A DNA stretch of 64,000 nucleotides from Burkholderiales bacterium (GCA_031363055.1 JANLTP010000064.1:1311-65310); one strand, 5' to 3'. Numbered from the stretch's first letter, positions 29,880-39,909 are shown. Program-made: numbers and translations. Notes: generated from the sequence alone by a model not told the origin.

Positions 29880-30785
29880 ATGACTCATCGCAATTTGCTC
29901 GGCTTTATCGGCTTGGGCGTCATGGGCGAGCCCATGTGTCGCCATCTCGTCAACAAGACCGGACGCAAACTCATCGCGTTTGATCTTGATTCGGACGCCT
30001 TCGAGCGACTCGCGCAATCGAGCGCGAACGCTGCACTCGTCCGCGCCCAAAACGTCACTGAAATCGCACAACAGGCTCAGATCATTTTTCTGTCGCTGCC
30101 CTCAGGCGAAGTGGTCGAGCGTCTGGTGTGCGATGAACTCTTGCCTCATCTGCAAGCCGGCCAGATGATTGTTGATCTCAGCACCTCGGCGGTCGATACC
30201 ACTCGCAGTCTTGCCGCGCTGGTGATGCAAAGAGGCGCAGCCTATGTCGATGCGCCGGTGGCCAGAACCCGCGCCGCCGCCGAACGCGGCGAGCTGTCGG
30301 TGATGGTCGGCGCCCTGCCCGAACATTTCGAGCAGATTGAGCCGTTCCTGGCTAAATTCGCAAGCGAGATCACGCACTGCGGAGGCATCGGCTGCGGCCA
30401 GATTGCGAAAATTCTTAACAACATGGTGCTGTTTCAAACCGTCACCGCGCTGTCGGAGGCGATGGCGATTGCCGAGCGCGCCGGCATGGATCGGGCGCTA
30501 CTGTTCGAGACCTTGTCGAAAGGCTCGGCCGACAGCTTTGCGTTGCGCAACCACGGCATGAAGTCGATCTTGCCCAAGCAGTTTCCAACCCGCGCCTTTT
30601 CGGTTCACTATGCGCGCAAGGACCTCGGCTATGCCTTGCGCCTTGCCGAACAGGTGGGCGTCGATGCGCAGGCGGCGCGCCATGTCGATGTGTTGTACAG
30701 CCAGGCGATCGACGCCGGCTTCGGTGAGCAGTATCACCCGGTCATCGCTCGGCTGTTGGACGCGGAATTCCCTGACGTCAACTAA
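29880..30785 (+). CDS. NAD(P)-dependent 3-hydroxyisobutyrate dehydrogenase-family oxidoreductase
   Basis: I chose the ATG at 29880. The Rossmann motif LGFIGLGVMGEPM and the later AKILNNM are typical of the HIBADH/tartronate semialdehyde reductase family. Confidence 0.85.
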   Translation: MTHRNLLGFIGLGVMGEPMCRHLVNKTGRKLIAFDLDSDAFERLAQSSANAALVRAQNVTEIAQQAQIIFLSLPSGEVVERLVCDELLPHLQAGQMIVDLSTSAVDTTRSLAALVMQRGAAYVDAPVARTRAAAERGELSVMVGALPEHFEQIEPFLAKFASEITHCGGIGCGQIAKILNNMVLFQTVTALSEAMAIAERAGMDRALLFETLSKGSADSFALRNHGMKSILPKQFPTRAFSVHYARKDLGYALRLAEQVGVDAQAARHVDVLYSQAIDAGFGEQYHPVIARLLDAEFPDVN

Positions 30786-31238
30786 TCAGCCCTCAGCCTC
30801 GAAAAAAGTATTGAGCCCCGGTTTCGAGTTCGGCACACCGATCGGTTTGAATATGCCGTTGATGCGTGCGATCGGTTTGCCCTCGACCGACAGCATGCCT
30901 TGCGAGAACACCATGTTCTTCGAGGCACGCAGCACGTCGCAGCGGCCTTCGATCCAGACACCCTCATTAGCAGGTCCGAGAAAATCGGTAGTCAGATTAA
31001 CCGTCAACAGGTACTGATTCAAGGTGCCCTGCAGGTTGCAGCCAATCAGCATGGTCATGTCGGCCAGCGTCATGATCATGCCGCCATGGCAGCTCTTGGC
31101 CGGGTTGCAATGCCGAAGCTCGACTCGAAACCCGAGCGTAAAGGTGCCGTCCGCCCAGCGCCCGTATAGCGGCCCATTCAGTTCAATAAACGGGTTGACC
31201 GCCATTTGCAGGCGGTGAAAATCAGCAGGGATACTCAT
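30786..31238 (-). CDS. PaaI-family hotdog-fold thioesterase
   Basis: 150 aa with the CHGGMIMTLADMT motif, typical of PaaI/4HBT class II thioesterases. Confidence 0.8.
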   Translation of the reverse strand: MSIPADFHRLQMAVNPFIELNGPLYGRWADGTFTLGFRVELRHCNPAKSCHGGMIMTLADMTMLIGCNLQGTLNQYLLTVNLTTDFLGPANEGVWIEGRCDVLRASKNMVFSQGMLSVEGKPIARINGIFKPIGVPNSKPGLNTFFEAEG

Positions 31239-31241
31239 GAG

Positions 31242-31913
31242 TCAAACGCCGCGAAAGCTCACAAACTCTTCCAGCGGTGCGCGATAGGTTACCAATCGAT
31301 TGGCCGGCTCGTCAGGATCGGCGAAACCAATCGCCATGCCGCAAAAAATCATGTGTTGTTCGGGCGCGTTGACAAAGGCACTGATGGTCTGTGGGTAAAT
31401 CGACCAGCATTCCTGGGCGCAACTGTCGAGCCCTTCCTCGCGCAGCAAGAGCATGAGCGATTGCAGATACATGCCGAGGTCGGACCACTGTGGTGGGCCC
31501 ATGCCGCGATCGATATAACAGAACAACGCCATCGGCGCGCCGAAGAACTGGAAGTTTCGCGCAAACTGCCGTGCGCGACCGGCCTTGTCTTCACGCGGAA
31601 TGCTGAGTGACGCGTACAGATCTTCGCCAATCTTGTAGCGTCGCTCGCGGTACGGCGACCAGAGATTATCGGGGTAGATCTTGTAGTCGACCGGTTCGCC
31701 ACCGGGCGCCTCGACGACGCGCCTCGCCATGATCGCTTTTAACTCGCCGAGCGCATCGCCAGCCACTACGTGGATATGCCAAGGCTGCAGGTTCCCGCCC
31801 GATGCAGCGCGCGCGGCCGTTTGCAGCACGCGACGAATCATGTCACCGGCCACCGGTTTGTCGAGAAAGCCGCGCACCGAGCGGCGGGAATTCAGGGCAT
31901 CACTGACTTTCAA
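31242..31913 (-). CDS. Nitroreductase family protein
   Basis: I chose the TTG start at 31913, which has an AGGAG SD 7 nt upstream and gives (M)KVSDALNSRRSVRGF, a typical nitroreductase N-terminus. Confidence 0.8.
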   Translation of the reverse strand: MKVSDALNSRRSVRGFLDKPVAGDMIRRVLQTAARAASGGNLQPWHIHVVAGDALGELKAIMARRVVEAPGGEPVDYKIYPDNLWSPYRERRYKIGEDLYASLSIPREDKAGRARQFARNFQFFGAPMALFCYIDRGMGPPQWSDLGMYLQSLMLLLREEGLDSCAQECWSIYPQTISAFVNAPEQHMIFCGMAIGFADPDEPANRLVTYRAPLEEFVSFRGV

Positions 31914-31994
31914 AAGCAGGCTCCTATCAAGGAAACACCGAGTCAATCACAAAGTTTGAGTTTATCGCAGCATTCCCAGTGCGTCGGCGCAGCG

Positions 31995-33416
31995 TCAACC
32001 ATGACCGCGCCAGTTGCCGTGAAACCCGGCCGGCACGCGATGCGACAAATGAACGAGTGCGATCGGTCCGGCACTGAGTTGGCCGGCATCGAACACGGCG
32101 AGGTCGCTGCGATTTTCGGCGCCGCGAAATATCACGCTCAAGATCCAGCCATCGCCTTCAGCGGCTTTCGCATCGCGAGGCACAAAGATCGGCTCACCGC
32201 AGTAGTCGCCCAACGGCGGTTGCCAGAGCACGGTGTTGCGGGTTTTCAAATCGATGTGGGCAAGTCCGGCACGCGCTTCGCGGCCTTGGGTGGCGGCCGT
32301 TGCCGGTGCGGCGTTGAAATAGCCGTGCCGATACTCCAGCATGGCGAAGCGTTCATCAAAACGCGGAAACTCGCCGGAGTGATCATCGAGCGGATCTTCC
32401 TTGAAGCTGCGTGCCTTGCTGTTCAGATCGAACGTCCAGCGGACCAGTTTTGCCTCCGGCGAATACTTGGCCACCGGGGTACCGTCGGCCTTTGGAAACA
32501 ACGGCGCATGTTCATATTTCTGCATGTCGCAGATGAGCTTGCCGTCTTCCGTGTCAAACCCATTCATCGGATGAAACACATAACCGGCCGGCGCATCGAA
32601 CCAGCGAATTTGCCCGGCTTTGCCATCACGCGGAATGACGGCGACGTGGGTGCCCTTCTCGGGTTCCCAGGCATAAGCGGGAAAACCTTTTTTGGCGCGA
32701 TCCATCGAACTGGTGAGCGGAAAAATCGGCATGACAATATATTTTCGGGTCACCACAAAGTCATGAACCATGCTCGCAAACGGCGCTTCGAAATGGCGGC
32801 TGCGTAACAGATTGCCTTCGCGATCGACGGTGTGCACGGCGAAGTCGGGAGTGAATCGCCCCTTGGCCGCATAGCCGAAAAAAATCATCTCACCATTGAC
32901 CGGGTCGAACTTCGGATGGGCGGTCATCGGGCCGACCAAGCGGTTATCAAAATTGTGATAACCGATAGCGGCCAGGGTATGTGGATCGACCTCGAACGGT
33001 GCGTGCGCCTCTTCGAGTGCCAATAGCCGCTCGCCGTGCCAGATGATGTTGGTATTGGCCAGGGTCGATCCCAGTTCGACCACCCGCGAATCATTGAATT
33101 GTGGATGGCCCGGCAGACCCGACAGGCCCTCGCCGACTTCGTGCTCGAGCTGCCATTTCGGCGTGCGTACCCAGCGATTGCGGTAGTGAACGCGACCATT
33201 GCCGAGCGTGAAGGCATGCAGCATGCCGTCGCCAAAAAACCAGTGGTACGGGCCGCGCGGTGCGAACTGCGGGTTCGGGCCGTTTCGATACAAGGTGCCG
33301 TTCAATGCCTTCGGCACCTCGCCGGTAATCGGCAGGTTGTAGGCCTCGGCTTCAAAATGAAGCGGCGCGTAGTAGCCACTCAGAAAAGGTTCGTCGGCAG
33401 GAAAGGGCTGGGACAT
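31995..33416 (-). CDS. Carotenoid/stilbene cleavage oxygenase (CCO family)
   Basis: 473 aa. GYYAPLHFE, LNGTLYRNGPNP, conserved His positions (HWFFGDGM, TAHPK, HDF) and the C-terminal GFHGNW are typical of carotenoid oxygenases. Confidence 0.88.
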   Translation of the reverse strand: MSQPFPADEPFLSGYYAPLHFEAEAYNLPITGEVPKALNGTLYRNGPNPQFAPRGPYHWFFGDGMLHAFTLGNGRVHYRNRWVRTPKWQLEHEVGEGLSGLPGHPQFNDSRVVELGSTLANTNIIWHGERLLALEEAHAPFEVDPHTLAAIGYHNFDNRLVGPMTAHPKFDPVNGEMIFFGYAAKGRFTPDFAVHTVDREGNLLRSRHFEAPFASMVHDFVVTRKYIVMPIFPLTSSMDRAKKGFPAYAWEPEKGTHVAVIPRDGKAGQIRWFDAPAGYVFHPMNGFDTEDGKLICDMQKYEHAPLFPKADGTPVAKYSPEAKLVRWTFDLNSKARSFKEDPLDDHSGEFPRFDERFAMLEYRHGYFNAAPATAATQGREARAGLAHIDLKTRNTVLWQPPLGDYCGEPIFVPRDAKAAEGDGWILSVIFRGAENRSDLAVFDAGQLSAGPIALVHLSHRVPAGFHGNWRGHG

Positions 33417-33636
33417 TCTGAAGCTCCTCAGGTGTTACGTTAAGCGCCGCCACTATATCCCAGCCCAGCTTGGGTAAAACGGGTTTCAGGGCCTGGCGGC
33501 ACGGGTTTCGAGTCATCAACACACTGTCAGATTGTTGCCTAAAGCAGATGCCGTACACCGGGTTCTATGCAAATATCGCGCTGGCAGATTAGTTCAGCCT
33601 GATCAAGGCTGGGCAACCAGGGAGTCATCAAGTTTC

Positions 33637-35076
33637 ATGTTTTCGCTGTTTCATCATTTTTTTCTCGGCCTGAAACTGGCCTTCTTCAGGCCGGTTGCTG
33701 CCGACGCCTGGCGCGCTACGGTCGGCTCATTGCTGATCTTGATGTTGGCCAGCCTGGGTGTGACGATCTTCTTCGACTGGCTGATTCTTGATCCCAAGCC
33801 CGGCAGCTTTAACCCGCTTGCCTTCAGGGATGCCTTTTGGGATCTGCCGATTCTGTTGCTGCTTGGATGGTTGGCCGCCGGCCGGCTGGCACAGCACTCG
33901 AGCAACTCAGTCAACTCGAGCGGCATGGGCAACTCAGGCAACTCGGGCGCAATGAACTGGCCGTTGCTGACGCCGATTGCGCTGATCGCAGCGTGGATCG
34001 TTTGCCAGTTGCTGGGCTACGGTCTGCATACGCTGTTGCAATACAACTATGTCGGCGAGACGGCGGTGCAGATGTCGGCGTCGCTGGCGAGCGCCATGGT
34101 GGTCTGGCAACTGCTGATCGGGATGGCGGTGTTCCGGCGCGTGATCCGCCTGTCCTGGTTCAGCTCGGTGGTTCTGACCGTGCCGATTGCTGGCATGATT
34201 TTCTGGTCCGTAGCCTACCCATCGACTCGATTCTGGTATTCGGATGCGACCGAGATCGGTGATCAGGCCAGCCAGGAATCGGTCGTCAGTGAGGAGATTC
34301 TGGAACTGCAATCGACGCTGATTTATGACCAGCTCAACGCGCTCGAACCGCATCGGCCCGGTGTCGTTGACTTGTACTTTATCGGCTTTGGTGGCTATGC
34401 GACACAAGATGTTTTTCGCAAGGAGCTGGCGGTCATTCACCCGCTGATGGATCAGCGCTTTGATACTGCCAATCGCTCGATCCGTTTGGTCAATAACAGC
34501 GCCACCCTGCGCGAGTTTCCACTGGCCACCGTCAGCAATTTACGACGAACGATCGCAGCGATCCGGGAAAAGATTGATCCGGCTGAAGATGTGGTGATGC
34601 TCTACCTGACCTCTCATGGCTCGAAGGATCATCAGTTAGCGGTCGAGTACCCGCCGCTTGAGCTTGCCAACCTCGATCCGGCGCTGCTGAAAAGCCTGTT
34701 TGATGAAGCCGGCGTGCGCTTCAAGGTGATTGTGGTGTCGGCCTGTTATTCCGGCGGATTCCTGGCGCCGTTGAAAGACAAGAACTCGCTCATCATGACG
34801 GCTGCCGATTCGTTTCGAACGTCGTTCGGTTGCAGTGACGACTCAGAGTTCACCTATTTCGGTCGCGCATTCTTCGACGAAGAATTGCGCAAGACCTATT
34901 CGTTCGAGAAGGCCTTCACAGCGGCACTACCAATCATTCGCGAGCGCGAGAAGCAATACGATCCGGGTGCCGAGTTTTCGAATCCGCAGTTATCGGTCGG
35001 TGTTGATATCGCTGCCAAACTAAACGTGCTCGAAGCCCGTCTGGGCGCCACCGGAAAACGTGCCGAGGCTCCCTGA
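33637..35076 (+). CDS. Membrane-anchored peptidase C13 (legumain-like, clan CD) family protein
   Basis: I chose the ATG at 33637. The N-terminal ~230 aa contain several hydrophobic helices. The C-terminal domain has LYLTSHGS (catalytic His context) and VVSACYSGGF (catalytic Cys context). Confidence 0.7.
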   Translation: MFSLFHHFFLGLKLAFFRPVAADAWRATVGSLLILMLASLGVTIFFDWLILDPKPGSFNPLAFRDAFWDLPILLLLGWLAAGRLAQHSSNSVNSSGMGNSGNSGAMNWPLLTPIALIAAWIVCQLLGYGLHTLLQYNYVGETAVQMSASLASAMVVWQLLIGMAVFRRVIRLSWFSSVVLTVPIAGMIFWSVAYPSTRFWYSDATEIGDQASQESVVSEEILELQSTLIYDQLNALEPHRPGVVDLYFIGFGGYATQDVFRKELAVIHPLMDQRFDTANRSIRLVNNSATLREFPLATVSNLRRTIAAIREKIDPAEDVVMLYLTSHGSKDHQLAVEYPPLELANLDPALLKSLFDEAGVRFKVIVVSACYSGGFLAPLKDKNSLIMTAADSFRTSFGCSDDSEFTYFGRAFFDEELRKTYSFEKAFTAALPIIREREKQYDPGAEFSNPQLSVGVDIAAKLNVLEARLGATGKRAEAP

Positions 35077-35093
35077 CGTTAGTTACAGCGTAC

Positions 35094-36278
35094 TCAAATG
35101 ATCGCCGAGTGCACGAGGCTGCTGACGACATCCAGACGCTGACTGTGCCACGGGTCTGGTACCCGATTGTTAGTCAAATATGCAAACGCCAGTCCTGACT
35201 CCGGATCGGCCCAGCAGTAGGAACTGCCGACGCCACCATGTCCGAAGGTGGTCGGCGATGCGATCGCGCCCAAGCCACGTATCGAGGCAGTGTTGCCGCG
35301 CAGATGCGGCCCCAGCCCGCGATGCATGGGCATGCCCATGTACTCATCGACTCGCTCCCCGGTGTGATTGCGAATGGCATACGACAAGGTACGCGGCGAG
35401 AACAATCGAACACCGTTGAGGTCACCGCCATTGAGCATCAGTTGATAGAGTGCGACCATGGCACGCGCCGTGCCGTAGGCGCCGCCGCCTGGTGCGCCGG
35501 CGCGTCGCCAGGTCGAGTTATTACTGTCGGCCAGCGGTGCCATCCGGCGCGGCGCGTCGGCCTTCGGTTCGTACATCGTGGATACCCGGGCATCGGCACT
35601 CTCGGGCAAGCCGATGAATAGTTCATGCTCAAGGGCCAACGGCGTGATGATCGCATCCTTGATGTACTGGCGAAAGTCCTTGCCGGTCCAGTGTTCGATC
35701 AGGCAAGCTAACACCCAATGGGCCGACAGGCCGTGGTAGACGACTTTAGAGCCGGGCGTCCATTCAAGGCTGAAGTTGCATACGGCGGCCCGCATTTTGG
35801 CGTGGTCCAGCCAACCTTCAGTGGGCATCACCGCATTTGGAAAGCCACCCTGATGCGTGATGACCTGCAAGACGGTGATGTCGCGCTTGCCATGTTCGGC
35901 AAAGCCCGACAGGTGATCGCTGACCCGGTCGGTGAAGCGAAATACGCCCTCTTCGAACAATTTCCAAAGTGCCATTGCGATGATGACTTTGGTGTTCGAA
36001 TAGAGCAACCACAAGGTGTCTTGGTTGGCGAGCTGTTCGCTGCCTGTACCGCTGTTGCTCGGGACGCTGCCGCCAGTGCCGCTATTGACGGCGGTGATCC
36101 GCGCGTGCCCGTAGGTCCGCTCGAATACCAGTTTGCCGTGATGTGCCAGCGCCACTTGGCACCCCGGATAACGATCCTCGGCAATGTGTCGCTGAATCAG
36201 CGCATCGAGACGCTCGATCGGCTCCGTGCGCAGGCCTGACTGCGCGAGGGTTGAGGTGGGGAACTTGAACTTGGTCAT
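35094..36278 (-). CDS. Serine hydrolase, beta-lactamase/esterase (class C-like) family
   Basis: 394 aa with the SxxK motif in YSNTKV, and YHG and HGG-type motifs further on. Confidence 0.8.
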   Translation of the reverse strand: MTKFKFPTSTLAQSGLRTEPIERLDALIQRHIAEDRYPGCQVALAHHGKLVFERTYGHARITAVNSGTGGSVPSNSGTGSEQLANQDTLWLLYSNTKVIIAMALWKLFEEGVFRFTDRVSDHLSGFAEHGKRDITVLQVITHQGGFPNAVMPTEGWLDHAKMRAAVCNFSLEWTPGSKVVYHGLSAHWVLACLIEHWTGKDFRQYIKDAIITPLALEHELFIGLPESADARVSTMYEPKADAPRRMAPLADSNNSTWRRAGAPGGGAYGTARAMVALYQLMLNGGDLNGVRLFSPRTLSYAIRNHTGERVDEYMGMPMHRGLGPHLRGNTASIRGLGAIASPTTFGHGGVGSSYCWADPESGLAFAYLTNNRVPDPWHSQRLDVVSSLVHSAII

Positions 36279-36359
36279 TTGCGCTCCGGTGGCGGGCTTG
36301 CAGGACAGTTTGGTTCGTTAGGGGATGACGTCTCAGGCTTGCTTATGCTTTCAGCCCGA

Positions 36360-38573
36360 TCATGCTTTCAGGTCGACATTTTTAAGCGGTAGAGTGCGCA
36401 CGCGCTTGCCGGTGGCCGCAAAAATCGCATTCAGCACAGCCGGTGCCGCCACCGCAATAGTGGGTTCGCCGACGCCACCCCAGAAGCCGCCCGAGGGCAT
36501 GACAATGGTTTCGACCTTGGGCATTTCGTCGATCCGCAACGGCTGGTAATCATGGAAGTTCGATTCGGCCACACAGCCATCCTTGATCGTGCACTCCTGA
36601 TACAACATCGCGCCCAGGCCATACACGAACGAGCCCTCGACCTGCATCGCGATCTGTTTGGGGTTGACCGCGTAGCCCGAGTCGGTGGCGGCGACAATGC
36701 GATTCACCTTGAGCTTGCCGGCACTGTCGACCGACACTTCGGCACAGGCGGCGATGTAGGAGCCAAAGCAATAGAAGGCCGACAGACCGCGCCCCGAGCC
36801 TTTCGGCAAAGGCTTGCCCCAGTCGCCCTGTTTGGCCACCGCCTCCAGGGTTGCCAGACCTTTGGGATTTTTGGACATCAGTTTGCGGCGTACCTCGAGC
36901 GGATCCTTCTGGGTTGCATGGGCGATCTCATCGATGAAGCTTTCCATATACACCGCATTCTGATTGGCATTGACGCCGCGCCAGAAGCCGGGGGGCACAT
37001 GCGGATTGCGCATCGCATGATCGATCAGCAAATTCGGAAAGTCATAACTGATCGCATGATCGGCAAAACGCGGATGTCCGACCGGCAGCAGACCCTGGAA
37101 GGTCAGCAGATCGACGCCATCGGCCATCAACGTCGGTAGCACAGCGGCCAGAATCGACTGGCCGGAGATTCGCATATGCAGGCCGGTGATATCGCCGTTG
37201 GCGTCGAGACCGGCCGTCATCTTGCATTGGGTCACCGGATGGTAGGCGCCGTGCGCCATATCTTCCTCGCGGGTCCACAACAGTTTCACCGGCGTACCGG
37301 GCATCTGTTTGGCAATCTGCACCGCCTGACGCACGTAGTCATGAAAATTGCCGCGCCGACCGAAGCCACCCCCGAGCAGTTGTTTGTGGACATCGACCTT
37401 GTTCTGCGGCAGCTCGGCAGCATTGGCCGCCGTCACCAGAGCGGCCTCGCCGTTTTGAGTCGGACACCAGACCTCGCATTTATCGGCCGTCCAGAGTGCC
37501 GTCGCGTTCATCGGCTCCATGGTCGCGTGATTCTGGTACGGATAGCTGTAGGTGGCTTCGATCTTGCGTGCTGCGCCGGCAATTGCAGCGGCGGCGTCGC
37601 CAACCTTGTTGCCCACGCCCGCCTCGGTCGCGTTCAGGCCCGCCGCCAGAATCGCCTTGATTGATTCGCTCGACACCTTGTCGTTGGCGGTCGGCGTCCA
37701 GCCGATGACTACCGCGTCGAGCGCGGTCTTGGCACGCCACCAGGTGTCGGCCACTACCGCCACCGCGTCATCGCCCACCCGCAGCACCTGCTTGACGCCG
37801 GGCATGGCCTTAGCCTTGGCGTCGTCAACACTCGCCACCTTGGCACCGAACACCGGGCTGGCCTTGATCGAGGCATGCAACATGCCGGGCATCTTCAGGT
37901 CGGCGCCGTAAATCTGCTTGCCGGTGGTTTTATCCCGGGTGTCGAGCCGCGCCAGCGGTTTGCCGGCCAGCTTCCAGTCCTTCGGGTCTTTGAGCTTGAT
38001 GTCCTTGGGCGGCTCAATGTTGTTGGCCGCAGTCGCCATTTTGCCGAAGCTGGTGGTGCGGCCGGTCGGTTTATGGGTAATGATGCTGTTGGACGCACTG
38101 CATTCGCTGACCGGCACTTTCCATTCGGCGGCAGCCGCACCGAGCAGCATTTCACGCGCGGCGGCACCACCCATCCGGACATAGTCATGGGAGCCGCGAA
38201 TGCCGCGCGAGCCGCCGGTTGACATGTCCTTCCAGACCCGGCCGCGCGCCAGATTCTGGCCAGGCGTCGGGTATTCGGTGGTGACCTTGCTCCAGTCACA
38301 TTCGAGTTCCTCGGCGACCAGTTGCGCCAAGCCGGTCAAGGTGCCTTGGCCCATCTCCGAGCGGGCAATCCGGATCACGACCGTGTCGTCCGGTTTGACC
38401 ACGACCCAGGCGTTGACCTCGGGCGAGAACGGCCCAGCGACGGGCGGCGCGCCGGCGGGTGCGGCGGTTTGAGCCAGCGCTTGTTTCGCCGGGAACGTAA
38501 AGCCCAGCGACAGGCCGGCGCCGGCGGTGGCCGAGGCGACGACAAACTGGCGGCGTGATGGATTGGTGGTCAT
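36360..38573 (-). CDS. Molybdopterin-dependent oxidoreductase large subunit (IorB/aldehyde oxidase family), Tat-exported
   Basis: I chose the ATG at 38573. The Tat signal SRRQFVVASATAGAGLSLG is present, and the length and sequence fit isoquinoline 1-oxidoreductase beta-type subunits. Confidence 0.85.
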   Translation of the reverse strand: MTTNPSRRQFVVASATAGAGLSLGFTFPAKQALAQTAAPAGAPPVAGPFSPEVNAWVVVKPDDTVVIRIARSEMGQGTLTGLAQLVAEELECDWSKVTTEYPTPGQNLARGRVWKDMSTGGSRGIRGSHDYVRMGGAAAREMLLGAAAAEWKVPVSECSASNSIITHKPTGRTTSFGKMATAANNIEPPKDIKLKDPKDWKLAGKPLARLDTRDKTTGKQIYGADLKMPGMLHASIKASPVFGAKVASVDDAKAKAMPGVKQVLRVGDDAVAVVADTWWRAKTALDAVVIGWTPTANDKVSSESIKAILAAGLNATEAGVGNKVGDAAAAIAGAARKIEATYSYPYQNHATMEPMNATALWTADKCEVWCPTQNGEAALVTAANAAELPQNKVDVHKQLLGGGFGRRGNFHDYVRQAVQIAKQMPGTPVKLLWTREEDMAHGAYHPVTQCKMTAGLDANGDITGLHMRISGQSILAAVLPTLMADGVDLLTFQGLLPVGHPRFADHAISYDFPNLLIDHAMRNPHVPPGFWRGVNANQNAVYMESFIDEIAHATQKDPLEVRRKLMSKNPKGLATLEAVAKQGDWGKPLPKGSGRGLSAFYCFGSYIAACAEVSVDSAGKLKVNRIVAATDSGYAVNPKQIAMQVEGSFVYGLGAMLYQECTIKDGCVAESNFHDYQPLRIDEMPKVETIVMPSGGFWGGVGEPTIAVAAPAVLNAIFAATGKRVRTLPLKNVDLKA

Positions 38574-38673
38574 GGTCGATTTCCCTGATTTGAGTGGCGG
38601 CACGATGTCAGCACGGCCCGATTCAATTTACTGATTCAAGAGACCGATTAACGGCCCGGATTAACAGTGCAGA

Positions 38674-39141
38674 TCAAGTACGTGGCGACGGCGGGTTGCC
38701 GGCGGCCGAATGAATCGCCGCACGAACCCGCTGGTAGGTGCCACAGCGGCAGACGTTGGTCATCTCGGCATCGATATCGGCATCGGACGGCTTCGGCGTT
38801 TTGGCCAGCAGCGCGGCGGCGGCCATGATCATGCCGGACTGGCAGTAGCCGCATTGCGGTACATCCATCGCCAGCCAGGCTTTTTGTATCGGGTGCGAGC
38901 CGTCGGCACTGAGCCCTTCAATGGTAACGATTTTCTGGGCTGCGGTCAGCGCGCCGACCGGCATGGCACACGAGCGGACCGGCGCGCCGTCGATATGCAC
39001 GGTGCAGGCGCCACATTGCGCAACACCACAGCCGTACTTGCTGCCGGTCAGCCCGATTTGCTCGCGCAGTACCCACAGCAGCGGGGTGGTGGATTCGACA
39101 TCGACATCCAGCGCCTTGCCGTTGACGTTCAGTTTGGCCAT
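38674..39141 (-). CDS. (2Fe-2S)-binding small subunit (IorA type)
   Basis: 155 aa with [12 protein letters not shown] and CGYCQSGM cysteine clusters. Confidence 0.9.
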   Translation of the reverse strand: MAKLNVNGKALDVDVESTTPLLWVLREQIGLTGSKYGCGVAQCGACTVHIDGAPVRSCAMPVGALTAAQKIVTIEGLSADGSHPIQKAWLAMDVPQCGYCQSGMIMAAAALLAKTPKPSDADIDAEMTNVCRCGTYQRVRAAIHSAAGNPPSPRT

Positions 39142-39360
39142 GGGGTTCTCCTCGAAAATTCGGTTGGTGTGCGCTGCGGTTGACCCGAACGCAATTGATT
39201 AACATGGATGATTGGAAGAATTGTCTGAATCATTGGTCGGCTGATTTATTGGTTAACTGATTTATTTCCCAACTCACCGGATTGCTACTTTACTCAATAT
39301 GCGCGCCGTTTGGTTTTTTCACCTCTGCTTTTGTTTAGATTTGCCCGGCGGGCGGCTGAC

Positions 39361-39909
39361 ATGGCCCTGAAGTCGACGATCTACAAGGCGGAACTTTCGG
39401 TCGCTGACATGGATCGAAACTATTACGCCGATCACGCGCTGACCCTTGCCCGACACCCCAGCGAGACCGAGGAGCGCATGATGATTCGGCTGCTGGCGTT
39501 TGCGTTGAACGCCAGCGAGCACCTAAGTTTTGCGGGCGGTCTGTCGACGCATGATGAGCCGGATATCTGGCTGCGTGATTTGACCGGTTCGATCAAGCAA
39601 TGGATCGATGTCGGTCTTCCGGAAGAAAAGGTGGTTCGCCGCGCCTGTGGCCGTGCCGACCAAGTCAAGATAATTGCATACGGCGGTTCCAAGGCCGAGA
39701 TCTGGTGGAAGGCACAGGGTCAGGCGCTGGCGCGTTGCGCGAATCTGGGCGTCAGTTTTCTGGACCCTCGCGCCAGCGAACAATTGGCGAGCCTGGCGAA
39801 CCGTTCAATGCGGTTAAGCTGCAATGTACAGGACGGCCAGATCTGGTTCGGCGGAACCAACGAAGGCTTCACTATCGAACTCGAGACACGGCAAAAGGCC
39901 TGGGCCTGA
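39361..39909 (+). CDS. yaeQ: YaeQ family protein
   Basis: I chose the ATG at 39361. MALKSTIYKAELSVADMDRNYYADHALTLARHPSETEERMM is a typical YaeQ N-terminus. Confidence 0.85.
   Translation: MALKSTIYKAELSVADMDRNYYADHALTLARHPSETEERMMIRLLAFALNASEHLSFAGGLSTHDEPDIWLRDLTGSIKQWIDVGLPEEKVVRRACGRADQVKIIAYGGSKAEIWWKAQGQALARCANLGVSFLDPRASEQLASLANRSMRLSCNVQDGQIWFGGTNEGFTIELETRQKAWA

Noticed and set aside
31770-32807. 345-aa plus-strand ORF
   Set aside because: It is a shadow ORF antisense to the nitroreductase and carotenoid oxygenase genes. Its composition is Arg/Ala/Gly-rich and it has no motifs.
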